A stretch of DNA of 64,000 nucleotides from Tubiluchus corallicola (GCA_030141605.1 JAQGDQ010000034.1:620001-684000); one strand, 5' to 3'. Positions 24,481-39,639 are shown, numbered from the stretch's first letter. Program-made: numbers and translations. Notes: a model not told the origin generated them from the sequence alone.

Positions 24481-26519
24481 GTTTAACTCCTAACACCAAG
24501 TAATGTCAATTTACTGACAACCAGCTGTCAATATTGAATTGTCAATGTGAATTGCATTTGTCATCCACATCATTGATCATGACAATAACCCCAACAAATT
24601 GCTTGTCAAGGAACTATTCGCATTCGGCGCAATTAAGGACATACCTTAAATGTGAGGAGGTATGAGAGAAGGTTATTTAAAAATTTGACATCACCATGGG
24701 ACACTGTGTTCCATTTGCTGTAGCTGGTACGACCTGTTCTCTTTTATTACAGCGTTATTTATATATTCTTGTAATGTATTCCATTTAGATTCGAACTATT
24801 TCATTTTTTAAAAATGCCTCCCAATAGATAGTGTGAAATATTGAACACTGTTTTATTATAAGTCTATGGTCTAATCATGGCAAAGGAAATTCTAAAAGTA
24901 TGCGTAATAATGCCATTAGAGGACTCTCTATACGTCGTTGTACCGCAAGCCAAATGTATGTTTGCTACAATCTACATAGTTTTTCCTGCATACGTAGGAA
25001 AGCTGTGAATCTCAGTAGTGGAAATAGGCTGTTTTTGAGTTAGAATACTGTCATTAGTAACTTGTTGTGCAACACTGATTTTTAGAGTGGTCATTTTTAG
25101 GACACAGCAAAGAATTTTGTACACACATTCTAACACTTTGTTGTATATAAGCTTACTATGTTTCTGTAAACTAACTCTGTGTGTTTTTTTTTTACTTCTG
25201 CCTTATTTTTAGTCTTGTTTTATGGACTTTAAATGTCTGAAATAAAATAAATAATAATAATAATAATAATAATAGTAACTGAGTTCATCTAAGACCAATA
25301 TAACAATTTCAAATTTGCACATGTATTTAAAACAACAAAATACTAGAATATTAATCAAAATCACAAAGAAACTTTTTCAAAAATGTCACGTGTTCACTGC
25401 CAGTCAAGCAACTCAGCAAATTAAGTATTAAAGTACAAAGAACAAACATTAAAGATAGACCAAGTAGAACATGCATCTATCAGTATCAGTTCTCCTTGAA
25501 CAGTGAGAAATTTCCACCATCCAGATAAAATACGTCCTTCAGTCATTGATTTCTATCCTATCTCAATGGTAATATCTCTTGGTGGATGATGAGACGTCCA
25601 GGACGTCTAGGATGAGGAGACATTCAGCTTCCGGAACGTGATTGCTCATTCCCCAGCATCCCTCGCGGGTGTAGAGAGCTTCATCTTTGAACGCAACTCG
25701 CCTGTTATTCTAATCAATAATCGCTTATTGCTAAATTGCCAATGTCGTTCACAATACGATTAAAATGGCTGCGACGTCTTATTAGAGAATATTCCTGCCA
25801 AATTAAAAGAGAAAATTTCTTCGAGATCTAATTTTTTGACGAAAAGATTCATTATTAACATTAGCGATGTTTCGCAATCAGTGCTTTTAGCATTTCAATG
25901 AAAAGACGGTCGACGCTATAATTTATGACGACTTACAGTAATGAATCCAATTGATGGTTTTTGTCACAGATCATAGAAATGAAGATAATCTTAATGGCTT
26001 ATTTTTAATTAAACAAAACGTCAGTTTACCAGTATATTAGTTCATAACTCCAAATCACCTAAAACATTTCGTAAAAGTTACGTCTTTATTTGTGTAGGCC
26101 GGCCAATAGCGAAACTCAATTCAACTGCAGAAAGCATGCTTTCATACTGTTATGACGTTTTTTACAAACCCATCTTTTATTCAGTCTTGAATTGCGAATA
26201 ATTTTGTTTAAACAACCTATAGTGGTAAAACAATGTTTTGGATTTAGATTTTATTTTAATCTAGTACGCATAGTACCATATTTATAATACAATAAAAATT
26301 ACAGCTAAAATAGATTAGAATTACTTAACAATGTAAAAACAATGATAACTATTTATACATTTAACGTAAGGAACCTCAGGTTACCAGTTTATTTAGATTA
26401 CAATATACTCGCAATAAAAATAATTTTTTGTAATCAGTATAACCCAAAGATGTCAAGTAACTGCAATTCGGGGTACGCTTTAACTGGCGTATGGAAAAAT
26501 GGATTGGTGTTGTGAAAAA

Positions 26520-26765
26520 GTTCATTCGTTCATTCTTTCATTCATTCATTCACCCAATTATTCGCTCATTCGTTGGCTCGTCCGTTCGTCCGTTCACTCT
26601 CTCATTCACAAATTCCTTCGTGCGTTCATTCATCCATTCATTCATTCATTCTCCCACTTATTCGCTCACTCATTGGTTTGTCCGTTCGTCCGCTCATTCT
26701 CTCATTCACTAATTCGTTTGTTCGTTCATTCACCCATTAATCCATTCATTCATTCATTCATTCAC
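26520..26765. repeat. Degenerate (TTCA/TTCG)n
   Basis: Direct reading of the sequence. Confidence 0.9.
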
Positions 26766-27652
26766 TTAAAATCGTCGGAATACATCACAATAGATGGATA
26801 ATTGGATACCAGTTTCAATTCAAAAACTATTGAAGTTGATTTACATTACAGCACACCACAGTGTGCCTTTCTTGATGAAATGTTAAATGAGTGAATACTC
26901 TAGGTGCAGGGCATGTTTGTTAGTCTCTAAATCGTAGTTATTAAAACCAGGTCCATAAAATAATCAACGAAAACCCAAGGACAAAAGTCAGTTTCATTTT
27001 TTGGAATTTTTTACTTGTCTTAATGTCTGGGTCAATATTTGGTGAAAACTAATTTCATTTGTTCTGCTAATTAGCAGAAAGATGCAAAAAACGTGTCAGT
27101 CTGGCTGTCTTCTCATCTCACGCAGCACTGAAATTTTTGTGTTTGTGAAAAAAATCTGCTTTTAACAAAGTTCCATCCACGGTGCCTTGGAACAAAATAC
27201 GTAGACTAATAGCTCAGCTTCGAACAACAGAGGTCATGGAAAGTATTACTTTTCAACTAAAACCGTTCCGCCCATGAAATCAGATCACTCTGGACATTTT
27301 TTCCTGCCGGTGGCTCAGTTGCTTGGGATAAAATCGCAGATTTATATTCTGGAAGCTCAGACTCCCGTAATATTTATTCTTCTCGGTTGTGGGACACGGC
27401 TGCTGAATTACCCCATATTGTCAGACTAATTCGACTGAGTAAAAGTTATGATTACAGCACGAGGCAGTTAAGCGTGCATAATTGCGGAAAAAAAATCAAT
27501 GCAAATTGAATTTTGTGTTTTATTCATCAAAGATAATCGCTTTGTAACACTCATGCACGCGATGGTGTTGGTTTCTTATTTGTTTGCTTGTTTATTTGAG
27601 CATTTTCTAGTTTTTGTTTGCTTTTTGCTAATTATTCTTTCTTCCTTCGTTT

Positions 27653-28088
27653 ATTCACTGATTCATTCATTCATTCATTCATTCATTCATTCATTCATTC
27701 ATTCATTCATTCATTCATTCATTCATTCATTCATTCATTCATTCGTTTGTTCATTCACTCATTCGCCCATTCATTCATTCGCTCATTCATTCATTCATTC
27801 GCTCATTCATTCATTCATTCGTTCATTCATTCATTTGTTCACTTACTTGTTCGTTCATTAATTCATTTATTCATTCACTTAATTGCTCATTCATTCGTTT
27901 TAATCATTCATTCATTCATACGTTCATTTATTTATTTATTCTGGTTATTCAATCTTTCATTCACTCATTCATTCACTCACTCATTCATTCACTGATTCAG
28001 TCATTCACTCATTCACTGATTCGTTCACTCAAATGTTCATTCAATTACTTATTCGTTCGTTCATTCATGCATTCACTCATTTTGTTTT

Positions 28089-28148
<60 letters not shown>
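27653..28148. repeat. (TTCA)n array followed by (TTTC)n
   Basis: Direct reading of the sequence. Confidence 0.95.
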
Positions 28149-30413
28149 TAAGCTATTCTAGTGTTTGCTTGTTTGTAAGCTGTTTGTTATGTTACTTTTT
28201 AACTTTAATAAGCACACCGTTTCACATTATAATGAATAAAATAAATATAACAGGAAGATTCTTATCTTCCGGCTTACATGTCATTACAACAAAAATCGTT
28301 AATATTTCTCGTGCTTCCTTGCAATATGAGTCTGGTAATTGCGCAAATAACCTGCAAGCCATGAATCTGAAAATGTTCTTGTTAAAAATTCATCAGATTT
28401 TTAAGGGTTTGATGCTCAGCTCGACTATGTCTGTTATTTTAATAAATTTCATTTAAGTACTGTTTATTTTCTACGCAGTTGCTAAGCTCGCTGCACGTGC
28501 GTAACGCTGATGACGTCATGGCATTGGAAAATGAACATGGCGCGAAACAAGATTGTATTTACGGCAACAGCTTCTCCTATTAAAACAAAGCTTCACTTGA
28601 AAGTAAGCGATTTACACTGCAAGTGAACTAATGTAAAAAGAGACAAAAGCAAAACATAATAGTAAACTGATCCGTCTTGATACTATAGCGTTCATAAAGC
28701 AAACTTGCCCCACAGATGAGATAGAGGGCTAATTTTTTGGTGTAATGGTACGGATGGGAATATCTAAACAAGATAGTAGGATCTAATCGCTCCTATTGGG
28801 AATTTACTGAACTAATGGCTATTTGCCAGGATTTAGTGATGTGGTTTAGTGTTCGTGCTTCCAAATCTTGACCAACCACATACTTTTCATACCAAAATTT
28901 AGGCTTTTTAAGACTTTGAAAGCCAGTTTATATAGCATACAATCAGTATGCTTGTAAACAATATCTAAACGTGAAGGACAAATTGCGGACACTCCAAGGG
29001 TACCTCTAAAATGAAAGTTTAGAAGTACCTGTATTTGTGCAAGCAAAGGTTATCGAGTACCAACAAAAACATCCCTAAACAGCGCAATAATTAAGTTGAA
29101 AACACTCTGTGATGTAGTCCATATATGACTTTACAAACTGACAAAAAATTCTCTGCTAATGTACTATTTCACAATGACTGTTACTGTATTAGTAAGCCAT
29201 ACCAGACAGAAACAATCGACCACGATTTAAAAATGACGAACTAAAAACTGTAAATAAAACCAAACGCAGCTATTCAAGCTATAGTTAAATTTATGTACAT
29301 AAAATCTATAAAAACCATTATATGTTTAGCATGTGCTTAGAAAATTTAAAATGTAACCTAACATACCTCAAGATTCTTAGTGTAAAACGTAAAGATGGCA
29401 CAGGCTGTATTACTATTGTAATAATATGCACATTGCTTATTTCTATACAAAAAACTGTTTTACCTTCTACCAACTACCTTGGCCGCCTAAGTAGTGAAAA
29501 ATATTTCTATGTTTTAGTAAAGGCGTGATGGAAAACACAAGAACATTAGATAAATTGTTAAATTTAACGCAGCCTTTTGCAATTAGTAATCCATTCTTTA
29601 ACATAATTAATGTACCTGGAAACTCGTTCATAGCAATTAACCTGATAAAATACAACAGGCGGTTAAAATAATCGTGTCGCACATGACTGTAAAGTTAAGA
29701 GAAGGCATTAAATCTCTCACGGAAAGTTTAACACAGTCATTGTTGTATATAAAAAAAACAATTAATATATTTCATAAATTGCTACTTATGTAGGTAAAGA
29801 AAATCAATGTATAAAACGGCAAAACTTGCACCAATAGTTAACAAAAAGAATGTCGAAGTAATGAATTTTATAAGCTTTTCTTACAGTTATATATCATTTA
29901 GTGTGGAACATATAGAGGCATAACTCCTTTAGGCCTACATATGGTTGTACCTTACTAGCTTTAGATCATCCGAGATGTAGCACTGACCCCCCCCCCCCCC
30001 CAGCCCCACGGTTGTTACTGCTGCTGGAATTGCAGGATTCTAAAAAGATGCCAAACTTGTTTTTATTAAGTACATTTTACCCGCTCCGGTGGTTATTTTG
30101 ATAAGAGTTTATTAGGTAGTCTCACTAAATTTCAAATTTTATAGTTTAGCCACAGCTTGACTGCAACTTCGTTGGAGGTCCGTGCAAAAGGCGCTTTAAT
30201 TCAAATTTTAGTGGGAGGCCTATATTTCATACAATTACATTCGTGAAGACGGTTATCATTTTTTATCTAGGTAGGCCTGTCTTTTATCTTGCATTGTCTT
30301 TGAATATCTGATCACATTTAGGTCGCAATAGTCGCATACAGTGAAACCCACAGCTTAAGTCAAACCCAGGACTCAAACAGACCCTACACAGATCCTTGTA
30401 AACACCCTACAAA

Positions 30414-30833
30414 CAGTGCCGGATTATCCTATAGGCCAGTATAAGCTGCAGCCTATAGGCCCCTAAGATTGGGGGTTGAGGGCTGCTAAAAGATATCAAT
30501 ATTACAAACTCGGTGTTTATTTTGATTGTTTTGTTGTTATAATGCTGGTTAGCGGTTATAAAAAAAACAGTTTTTCACTGCTGTTGTGTTGAAATGTGCG
30601 TTAATTTTGCTTGCAATCATTAGTAAAATTGTGGTATTTCATAGAGAACCAGCTATTCTGGTTCATGTAAAGAATTTGCAATAAGTTTACTTCAAGCTAA
30701 GTAAATTTCGCTAAATTGTATTAAAAGTAAAAAATATTTAACGCGAGTGCTGACGAGTTAGAGGGTGACTCCGTCAGAGGGTCCCCCATAATTTTTTAGC
30801 CTAGGGGCCCCAAACGGTCATAATCAGGCCCTG
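30414..30833 (+). mobile_element. hAT-type MITE family A, near full-length
   Basis: TIRs CAGTGCCGGATTAT...ATAATCAGGCCCTG. The interior is shared with 31918-32339 and, reversed, with 57961-58295. Flanks CCTACAAA/GTTATAAA match only partly. Confidence 0.85.
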
Positions 30834-31917
30834 GTTATAAATACAAATCCTTAATCCTCATAAATGCGAGTAAGTACAAATGTACCACAAAATTTGTTTA
30901 TCTTTTTTTGTCTAAACGACGCTCCAACTCAGATACTAGCTGCTATAGTCACTATTAATCCGTGAGCCAGGCAACTTCTTGGTAGAATTTCGGGTGGCAA
31001 ATTACCGATGTGATTTCCTCGAGCTATGCCTCTACTTTACAAAAATGTCTGGTGGACCTTCCTACGACACAGCTTTGTGGCGCTTATTTGTGGGACCACC
31101 CTCAAAAAGCTATGTTTGCCCAAATGGGTGCATGGCAAGGGTGAGGCTACACAATGCTGCAGCCATGTAAGTTTTAAAGTCTAGTTTTATACTGTTAACC
31201 GTTTTGATCATTGTGGAATTTGGTTAGCAATAGAAAAAGATTATGCCTATTCCATCAGGGCACACTGCTGTTGTGTTATTGTTCCTGAATGCCCTAAAAA
31301 CTACATGTGTTCGGTTTTTTTAGAAAACAAATCTGTTTTCGTTTTTTTTTTTTTTTTAGAAAGTTTCGATTCTTGCATTTTCTGAGGACCAAATGAAACC
31401 TTATATAATTTTCTGCCGCGAAAGGGCTTTTATAATAAATGCCAAACGAATTACAGTATTTTACGTCTGGAATAAGAAGGCTTCACAAAAATCTTTATAA
31501 TTTCTTGTTTGTGGCTCTTATTGCCGTCTGCACTTGAGTCAGGGAACGGATGCTTTACAGTGCATTAGAAAATATTCCGAATTTTCTCGCCCTATAAATT
31601 TGTAAATCTTTGCGACCCACACACAAGAGTCTACTAGATAAAAAAACTGAATTATTTTACAACTTTTTGGTTTATAGATTGTAGCTGTTCTTAGTAATCT
31701 GCTGTAGCTAAAGAGAAATATTGATTCTAAGAAGGCTGGTGCATCATTCTGTATTAAATACGTTACTAGTAGCAGTTCTGAATCTTGCTTACTGTGATTT
31801 CATCATAAATTAGATTAACAATAATTAATTAAAACGTATTAATTAAACTTTGGAAACTTGATATTACTTATTTGCTCATTGTTGTTTTTCTTTTTTTGAA
31901 AACTAACACGACTTAAC

Positions 31918-32339
31918 AGGTCAGTAAAAGCAGCAGCCTAGGGCCCTTCAAGCTCGGGGTCCTCGTGCCTTGGCTAACATTTGATAAAAAATCCGTTTTT
32001 CACTACGGTTGTGTTGTATGTGCTCATTTTGTTTGCAATAAATAGTAAAATAGTGGTATTTCTTAAAGAATGTTTTCACTGACAAACAAAAGATAGCTAT
32101 TCTCGCTTACATAAAGAATATACGATAAGTTCACTTCAAGCTATGCAAATGTCGCTAAATCACGAGTAAAAATATTCAAGACTGGGTGTTGAAGAGTTAG
32201 AAGGTGGCTCTGTCTTGGGGCCCCATAATTTCATTAGCCTCTCAGACGGAGCCACTTTCTAACTCCTCAACACCCGTTTTGAATATTTTAATCATAATTT
32301 CATTAGCCTGGGTGTGCCAAAAGGCCATAATCCGGCCTG
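31918..32339 (+). mobile_element. hAT-type MITE family A copy with an internal inverted duplication
   Basis: Interior aligns with 30414-30833. Right TIR is CATAATCCGGCCTG; the left TIR is eroded. Confidence 0.8.
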
Positions 32340-32399
32340 GGTGTATCATTTGTGTGATTCACTACACAGCAACAAGCATTTTGGACCGGCTTGACCACA

Positions 32400-32470
32400 G
32401 GGGAATACAGTGACCTAGTGGTGTAAGGAATCTGGAATTTAAATAGAAGGCCTCTAGTTCAAATCCAGAC
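32400..32470 (+). mobile_element. Degenerate tRNA-derived SINE head
   Basis: A-box-like TGACCTAGTGG and B-box-like AGTTCAAATCC at tRNA-like spacing. No full cloverleaf. Confidence 0.45.
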
Positions 32471-33667
32471 TGGACTACATAACAACTTTTTCACAGTTCT
32501 TGCCTTTGAATTTTAAAATTCAATGTGAGTTTGTAACATCGTTAATCGTATGATAATCAATCGACCAAGAAATTCCAGGTTGAAAATTATTCAAATATGA
32601 AATTAGTCTAATTAGTTAGAATCCTAACATTGGAAGTGCAGAATTTGATTGGCTAGCTATAATTGTGAAACTTTGAGCTGCTTTGACCACTGGTGAATGT
32701 GGAGGCTACTAGCCTAAGGGGTTTGAAATGAAAGCAAAAGGTCAACCCGTTCAAGTCCAGGGCTGCATGCCGACTTATTCACATTTCCTGTTTTTCAAGT
32801 TTGGTAGCAAAATTATTTAATTAAAAATAGGTTTGTAACATACAATAATCAAAATATTATTTAATTGTTTATACTAAATAATTAATATTAGTGAGTTTGG
32901 CACGTTACTAATAATTTATTTGGTAAAACAGGCGCAAATACTTGGCGAAATGCAGCGGTATCGCCATGCCAAGGTCTCGTCAATTTGATTTGTTATCAAT
33001 TATTATTAATTACTTTGTCATATCTCTATTCCAGGGTTAGTTATGTTCAGTGTTAGTAAATAAACTTGAAACCTGAAACTTGTAACTTATAAATGCACAT
33101 TATAAATGTACAATAAACGTACAATACATGTACAAATAGATTTGCACAGTTCACAACATCACATTCATACATTAGTGGCTATTTGTAAAATACGAGGAAA
33201 AATCATAATCATAATATGTCTTATAAAGGCAAACAGTAGCATTTTTCACAAAATCATGCACAATAGATTCCCAGGTATTTAAAGCTATAACAAGCTTTAA
33301 ACATTTACCCATTGTACCCACAATATTATGGGCGTCAGGTAGAACCATTAAGAATAAACTTAACTTTACATTTAGTAGAACAAATTAAGTTCACCAAGCG
33401 TGAAGGACTTTCTGGACGGAATTAACAAAGACTGAAAAACAAACGAACAAACAGCTCCTATCCGAAGGTGAAATTGCTCCATTGCTCTCAGATGCAATTG
33501 CAATCAAGTTGGAAGATTGCAAACCAAAGTTACTCTTTCCCCTTGAGCGGAACGTAAGTGTTTAAGAAAGATATGGGAATAAATTCTGAGAATGAGTTTG
33601 CCTGCACTGTGGTGTACTGATGTGCTTTACTCACTACTGTATTGTGGCCATCTGTATTAAAACTAGG

Positions 33668-34181
33668 ACAAGCAGCAGCAACAAGAACAGCAATAACAGC
33701 AACAGCATCAGCGACAACAACAATAATAACAACAACAGCAGCAGGAGCAACAACACATCAGTGGCAACAATAACAACAGCAACAAGAACACCACAACTGG
33801 GACCACGGAAGCGACAGCAGCAGCAGCAATAGCAACAGCAACAGCAAGAACACCAGCAAGTGCAGTAGCAACAGCAACAACAATAACAGCAATAGCAATA
33901 GAGCAGCTGCAGCAATAAAAGTAACAACTAGTAGCAGCAGTAACAACAACAACAACAACAACAACAGCTGCAGCAGTAGCAGTAGCAGCACCAGCAACAA
34001 CAACACAACTACAACAACAATAACAACAACAGCAACAGCAAGAACACCAGCAAGAGCAGTAGCAACAGCAACAACAATAACAGCAATAGCAATAGAGCAG
34101 CTGCAGCAGCAATAATAAAAACAACTGGTAGCAGCACCACCAGCAGCAGCAGCAATAAAAGCAACAACTAGTAGCAGCAGT

Positions 34182-34212
<31 letters not shown>

Positions 34213-34260
34213 ACACAACAACAGCGACAGCATGAAGAGCAAACCAGAAATAACAGCAGC
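33668..34260. repeat. Cryptic (CAA/CAG)n array with an internal ~200-bp higher-order duplication
   Basis: ACAGCAACAGCAAGAACACCAGCAAG...AATAGAGCAGCTGCAGC occurs near 33835 and again near 34030. Confidence 0.9.
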
Positions 34261-36233
34261 CAACTCGCACCACTACTCGCACTGTTAGCTTCAGGGAGTA
34301 AACAATAATCATTAAAAGAACCACAGAGGCCTAAAAATATCCCATCATGCAATATTCGTTATCAGCAACGTAACAGTTATGACAAAAATACAACGGCCTC
34401 GCGCTGCTTTTGTATGAGGCGGTGGGATAAAGAAATACACGCCCATCACGGACTCGGTTCGTTTTAAAAGGCTTCGTAAACACGAGTAAAGAATTTTATA
34501 GCTTTCTGGGAATTTTACGAGCACGGTTGTGAGCGCATGCAAGTCTGTAGAATTACAACCGGTACACGGTACCATTACCACCCTGCTTTAGTGGATGATA
34601 AATACAACCCCTGTCAAGCACCACTCGAGTGAAATGGGAATAAAATGAAATGCTTTATTACAGAAAATTGCAAATCAAGTGTGCGTAAAATAAGTAGTTA
34701 ATTCGCTGACAATTTCAGTTAGAAAAAATTTATTTCACGAATTTGGCCAAACGGCATTGTAAAACTAATATTATAATTGCAGTATGATGAATGTTTTTTC
34801 AAAGGTAGAAACAGTGTGAACGCAGGCACATAATAGGCCCATTTATCACAGAAAAGAACTTTTTTATACACAAAAGAACATTTCACAAAAGAATTTATTC
34901 ACAAAGAAAAGTTGAAAATTTGTTTGCAAATTTTATTCACTCCTATTCCCGCACCTGTTTGTGTTAAAAGTCATTTATTATTATGAATGCGCATTTTAAT
35001 AGTAATTACTATGTCTTTCTATGTTCATTTTATGTTCATCATATGAACATTTTATGCATTTCTGTTTTTGCTTCTCAAGTTTACCATTAATCTGGGCAGC
35101 ACTATCATAAGATTTTCTTCCTGGTGCTGCCTGGAAGGACACCTGTACTCTTAGTAAAAACTACGTGTTAACGTTTTCTGCGTCAAACTTTGTGCTAATG
35201 CTTTATGGGTAAACTACCATTGTGTGCTGAAGGTAAGTCTAATAAATTCTAGTTCTGATTCTAATTCTATGTTATTTTTCTGTGTTATTTCCGTCTTTCC
35301 TATTTACATACCTTTCCATTTTTCTCTAACGTCACAGATAAACAATTAGCTAGTACTATTTCATACTTATAAAATTAGACGTAATTATAAAAAGAGGATA
35401 TGAAATTGTGCGTAATTATTTGTCTGGCTTTGCTATCATTTTGACTTCCTTTTAATGAGTATAAACAAAGAATAAGTAAACAAATGAGTATAAAAATGAA
35501 CCATAGAGGTTTATAAGCACTGCTGGCAATCGCAGTCGTAATCTAACTATTTAATGATATCGTTAGTGACCAGCTAATTTGGTAAAAAGCGTTGCTACCA
35601 TTTGCTACCCCCCTATTGTCTTGGGTACAGATGGCGCTGTTAGATTGTCTGCTAGAAGGAGGAAAATCTCAGGTCTGCTCTGTCATGTCGACTGATAGAT
35701 CAGCTGGCGGGCACGTGAGTACTAATTTCAGATCTCGGGTTCAGATCTCGGATTTTTCGAGGTTACTGCTTCCCTGAACAGCGAAAGGCCACTTCATTTC
35801 AAAACCCTTATAAATTAATTAAAAATCAGAGTAATTCTCTGCTGTTACGATAAGTCACATCTTGTTAATGGAAAAACTGCGACTTTACTCGCCTGTTCAG
35901 TTGACATGATTTCACGTGACAAGTCAATTAATTAACTTTTTCTCCTCCTCGCTTCCTCATTAGTCAAACTGCTGGCAATCGTCCTCAGCAACCTTCAACA
36001 CTTTCTCTCTAAAGGTGAACAATTAATCAGAAGATATATGCGATAATTATGCAGATATCTCGTATCTTGTGTGCAGCAAATTGAATATGGTTGATACAGC
36101 TTCACGTGACTCGTATAGCTGAATAATAAGATCTAGCAGTAGGCCTATAGAATTTATATAGGTTCTCACAGACATCACAATGCACAAAAAATCTTCACCT
36201 TTGCACAGACTTGTGTACGAAATGATTATTTTC

Positions 36234-36703
36234 CCAAGTCCAGACTAGTGAGTCTTCTGTCACGAGTTTTTTCTCTGACAGGAAACTCGCAAGTGTAAAC
36301 TCATTTGCGAGTTACTGTCGGCAAGTTATTGTAAACTCTCCAGCAGTTACTGTGAGTTGATCTCCTGCAAAATGCTGCCTAGTGTGAACGACTCGGCGAG
36401 TTATTCTCGACAGTTCTCGCAGTTAATAGAGAATGCATAATAAACGTGAGACTGAATTTACAGCACTTTATTACAAACATACACATAATACATAATACTA
36501 TATATATATAGGCACAGTACGATAAGTAAAATACATAATAAACGCAAGAAAAAGCTGATATCAATTTATCACTGAAAAGTGAGTGTCAACTCACGCTTAC
36601 TGTTGGAAAGTAACTCGCAATAAGTTTTGCTCTCTATTGTGAACACGCTTGCAAGTTAATTGGCGAGTTAACTTGGAGACAAAACTTGTCAGTCTGAGCG
36701 CGA
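36234..36703 (+). mobile_element. MITE family B copy (...CAGAC ends) interrupted by a ~145-bp AT-rich insert
   Basis: Aligns with 45392-45689 (GTGTGAACG.CTCGGCGAGTTA...CGCTTACTGTTGGA.AGTAACTC) except for extra sequence at ~36432-36575. Confidence 0.7.
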
Positions 36704-37534
36704 GACACATAAAAACACATAAAGAAAATGAAAACTGGCAAAACGCTCTTAGGACATTTCGACATCGCTTCATCAATGCCGACAGTGTTTTGCTGCTGTT
36801 TCCTATGTTGTTGGGCATCTCCAGATGCTTCTGAATCTAGTTTTTTCCTCGGGTTTTTTATCTATGGAATTCTTTACCTGAAACTTTCTTCCCTGCTATC
36901 GACAAGCCGATTCGCTTCCACATTAAAATCATCAGTTATTTCCTATTATTTAGTAAATTAGTTACAACAACACTATTTGCTTAATATGTGGGCCTTCATG
37001 TAACGCTCCAACTTTTGTCCATCAAACTTTTATTTACGAACGTTGGTTTTATTGGCGGAATTAGTATTTTCAGTTTACAAAGCTTTCCAATTTCCAAGCG
37101 AAAAGATTTTCTTCTCAATCCTACCAATATTATACGGAATTTTCTAAGTCTGATCATCCTATAGCTTCATAATAATGCTTTTTTGTCAACACTTAATACG
37201 CGCTCAAGAACGAAGTGTTTTGCAGTCTGCAGTAAGCGATACAGCAGTCTGTTTATCTCAAACTAATTTTTGTGCGCTTTTGTGTGATATCAACAGAATT
37301 ATTTAAATACTATTTTACTACGGCACATGCTAGTCATGATTAATTAGACATCTTACCTTAATTGTGAAATTATCCCGCTATAAAACTTGAACTGAAGCTC
37401 ATCATCAGTAAGTGCTGTTTTCTCCACTGCTGGGTGCAAATGTATATCTTCTTTTAACAAAATTTCATAAATTCACCACAAAATACTATCAATAATGTTT
37501 TCAGCGATCAGAAATACAAAGCAATCATTCACTT

Positions 37535-37733
37535 CTTCAGACTACGCTCAACGTATTACACTATATTCTTCAGTGCAGCAGTAGCTATAGAGTGATGAAG
37601 CCTCATACTGCATCCACGTGTCTTCGTCGCAACTGCGCATGCTCGAGCCGAAGCAGAAAGTTATGCTAAACGCGTGTTGCTGATTACGCTCGGGATAAGA
37701 TAATGGGAACCACATTGAACGTGTAGTTTGAGG
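37535..37733. mobile_element. Possible short MITE
   Basis: Imperfect TIRs CTTCAGACTACGCTCAACGT / ACATTGAACGTGTAGTTTGAGG around a CpG-rich core. Single copy in the window. Confidence 0.4.
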
Positions 37734-38758
37734 CATTCAAAGCACAGAGAAATACAGTATGGTATGCGGTTATGTTATACTCTACACTTTTTACTGCTCT
37801 TGTTAAAAATAAGCTTCAAATCTTCAACATGCCATCAATTTATTGTGTGTTGTCTATGTTTATCAAAACACTAAGAAACAGTAGTCAGTAAGAAACTCTC
37901 AAAAATACACACTTTCTCACCTGGTAATTATATCACCAAAACGTTTCTGATGTTTCTTATAATTTTTTCTCAGTATAAATGTGAGTGTTCAATGAAAAAA
38001 TTTTGTGACAATAATTATGAATTTAAATCATTGTTTTCATTGTTAAAAACCAATAATTTCGCTTTCAATATTTTGTACCTAGATTATTTTGACTTATAGT
38101 TTAAAACTGGTGCTAGTTTCCTTTAACAAATCAAGTTACACAAGGGGGTACTTGTAAGCCTAGGTAAGCTACTTGAGTGCACTTTTTTGTAATTAGATAA
38201 AAGTAATTAGTTGTAAGCATTAACTAAAGCATTAGGTGAAAACCTATTAGGTACGTAAGCTTTCGGAAGTTGACAAATAGACGTCTGGGAGTTGTTTTCA
38301 TGTTTATACCGGTTTTACAAAGTTTATTTATTATCTAACTTATATCTGTACTGGTTCGGCATACGGAAGACTGATTTTTTTTCCTGTTTTGTCACAGGTT
38401 AAAGTAATGATGTAGCACTTTACAAATTCCCACCATTTCGGTAGCGGATGCAACCAAATTTTTAGAAAAATAACAAATAGCGGCATCACGAGGCCAAAAA
38501 TCACTAAGAAGTTTATAGTAAAAACAAGCCCTCAGCGTTTGCGAATTAGTGGATGCCTGAACTGGGTGACTGCCTTAATGATGACAACAATATAAGAGTC
38601 CTCTTAGATCTGCATGCTCGCGGATAAAAATAAACCGCATATGCATACAAATGTTTGGATCTGTTAACGATTTATATTCTTCAAGATTTAAGAATAATCT
38701 GGGAGCACATATTACAAAATTGTATAATGAGAATAGTTCACATGTTTACAGGGGCAGG

Positions 38759-38776
38759 CACACACGCGCACACGCA

Positions 38777-38834
<58 letters not shown>
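38759..38834. repeat. (CA)n microsatellite
   Basis: Direct reading of the sequence. Confidence 0.97.
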
Positions 38835-38837
<3 letters not shown>

Positions 38838-39639
38838 CCTTTAAAAAAATTAATTTATTATAAATTAAAAAATAAGAAGCTTAGTTAATAAATTATACCT
38901 GTTAATAAAAACTGTGGCGATACAGCATGAGTCAGGATCGTTATTCTCAAAATATCACTACAGGTGGCGACAGGAACGTTGTTAACATTGCGCTATGTAC
39001 ATTATTTTACAATCCATGGTACAATATCCACTGATAGAAATGAGGAAGTCAAGTGTGTTAAATAAAAAAAATTATTTCATACAATTTTGCCTAGATAGAG
39101 CGTAAATTATACAACATTACACGCTACGCATTCTGTAGTTAGCTTTTTATTGGCGTATATAATATTATTTACAGTTATGTTAAACAAAAAGTATTAAAGT
39201 GAGTGCTAAAATAAGGTAACTTTTCTGTCTGGTAACATAAAAATGCAATTAAGTTAATATGCTAAGCTATAAGATCCCGATTGCAATATGTAAAACCACA
39301 ATGAGCTACAACCAATAATCTCAAAACTACAAAAATTTAAGCCTATTTTCTCAAATTTAGCGACACGATCTAATGAAAGGGCGTTTTACAAAGTAAATTA
39401 ATGCTAAATTTATATTTTTGGCGCTATACATAAGATTTAAGCTGTCATTTCCCAGTTCGTTTAGTAGTAGTACATTTCGCCTCTTATGTGGACAAATATA
39501 GTCGCTAAATCACAGTACTAAAATATCAACAAGGTGTACCAATCCTAACATGGATCTGATAAACTAAAATTGTTTTATTTAATTCACTGAGATTCACTGA
39601 TTCCATCACTTTGCTAGTTTATTTGCTTGCTCTATGTTT

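Noticed and set aside
28846-33400. Further possible LINE scraps at 28846-29046 and 33130-33400 (FKYLGI)
   Set aside because: Too decayed to assign boundaries or clade by eye.
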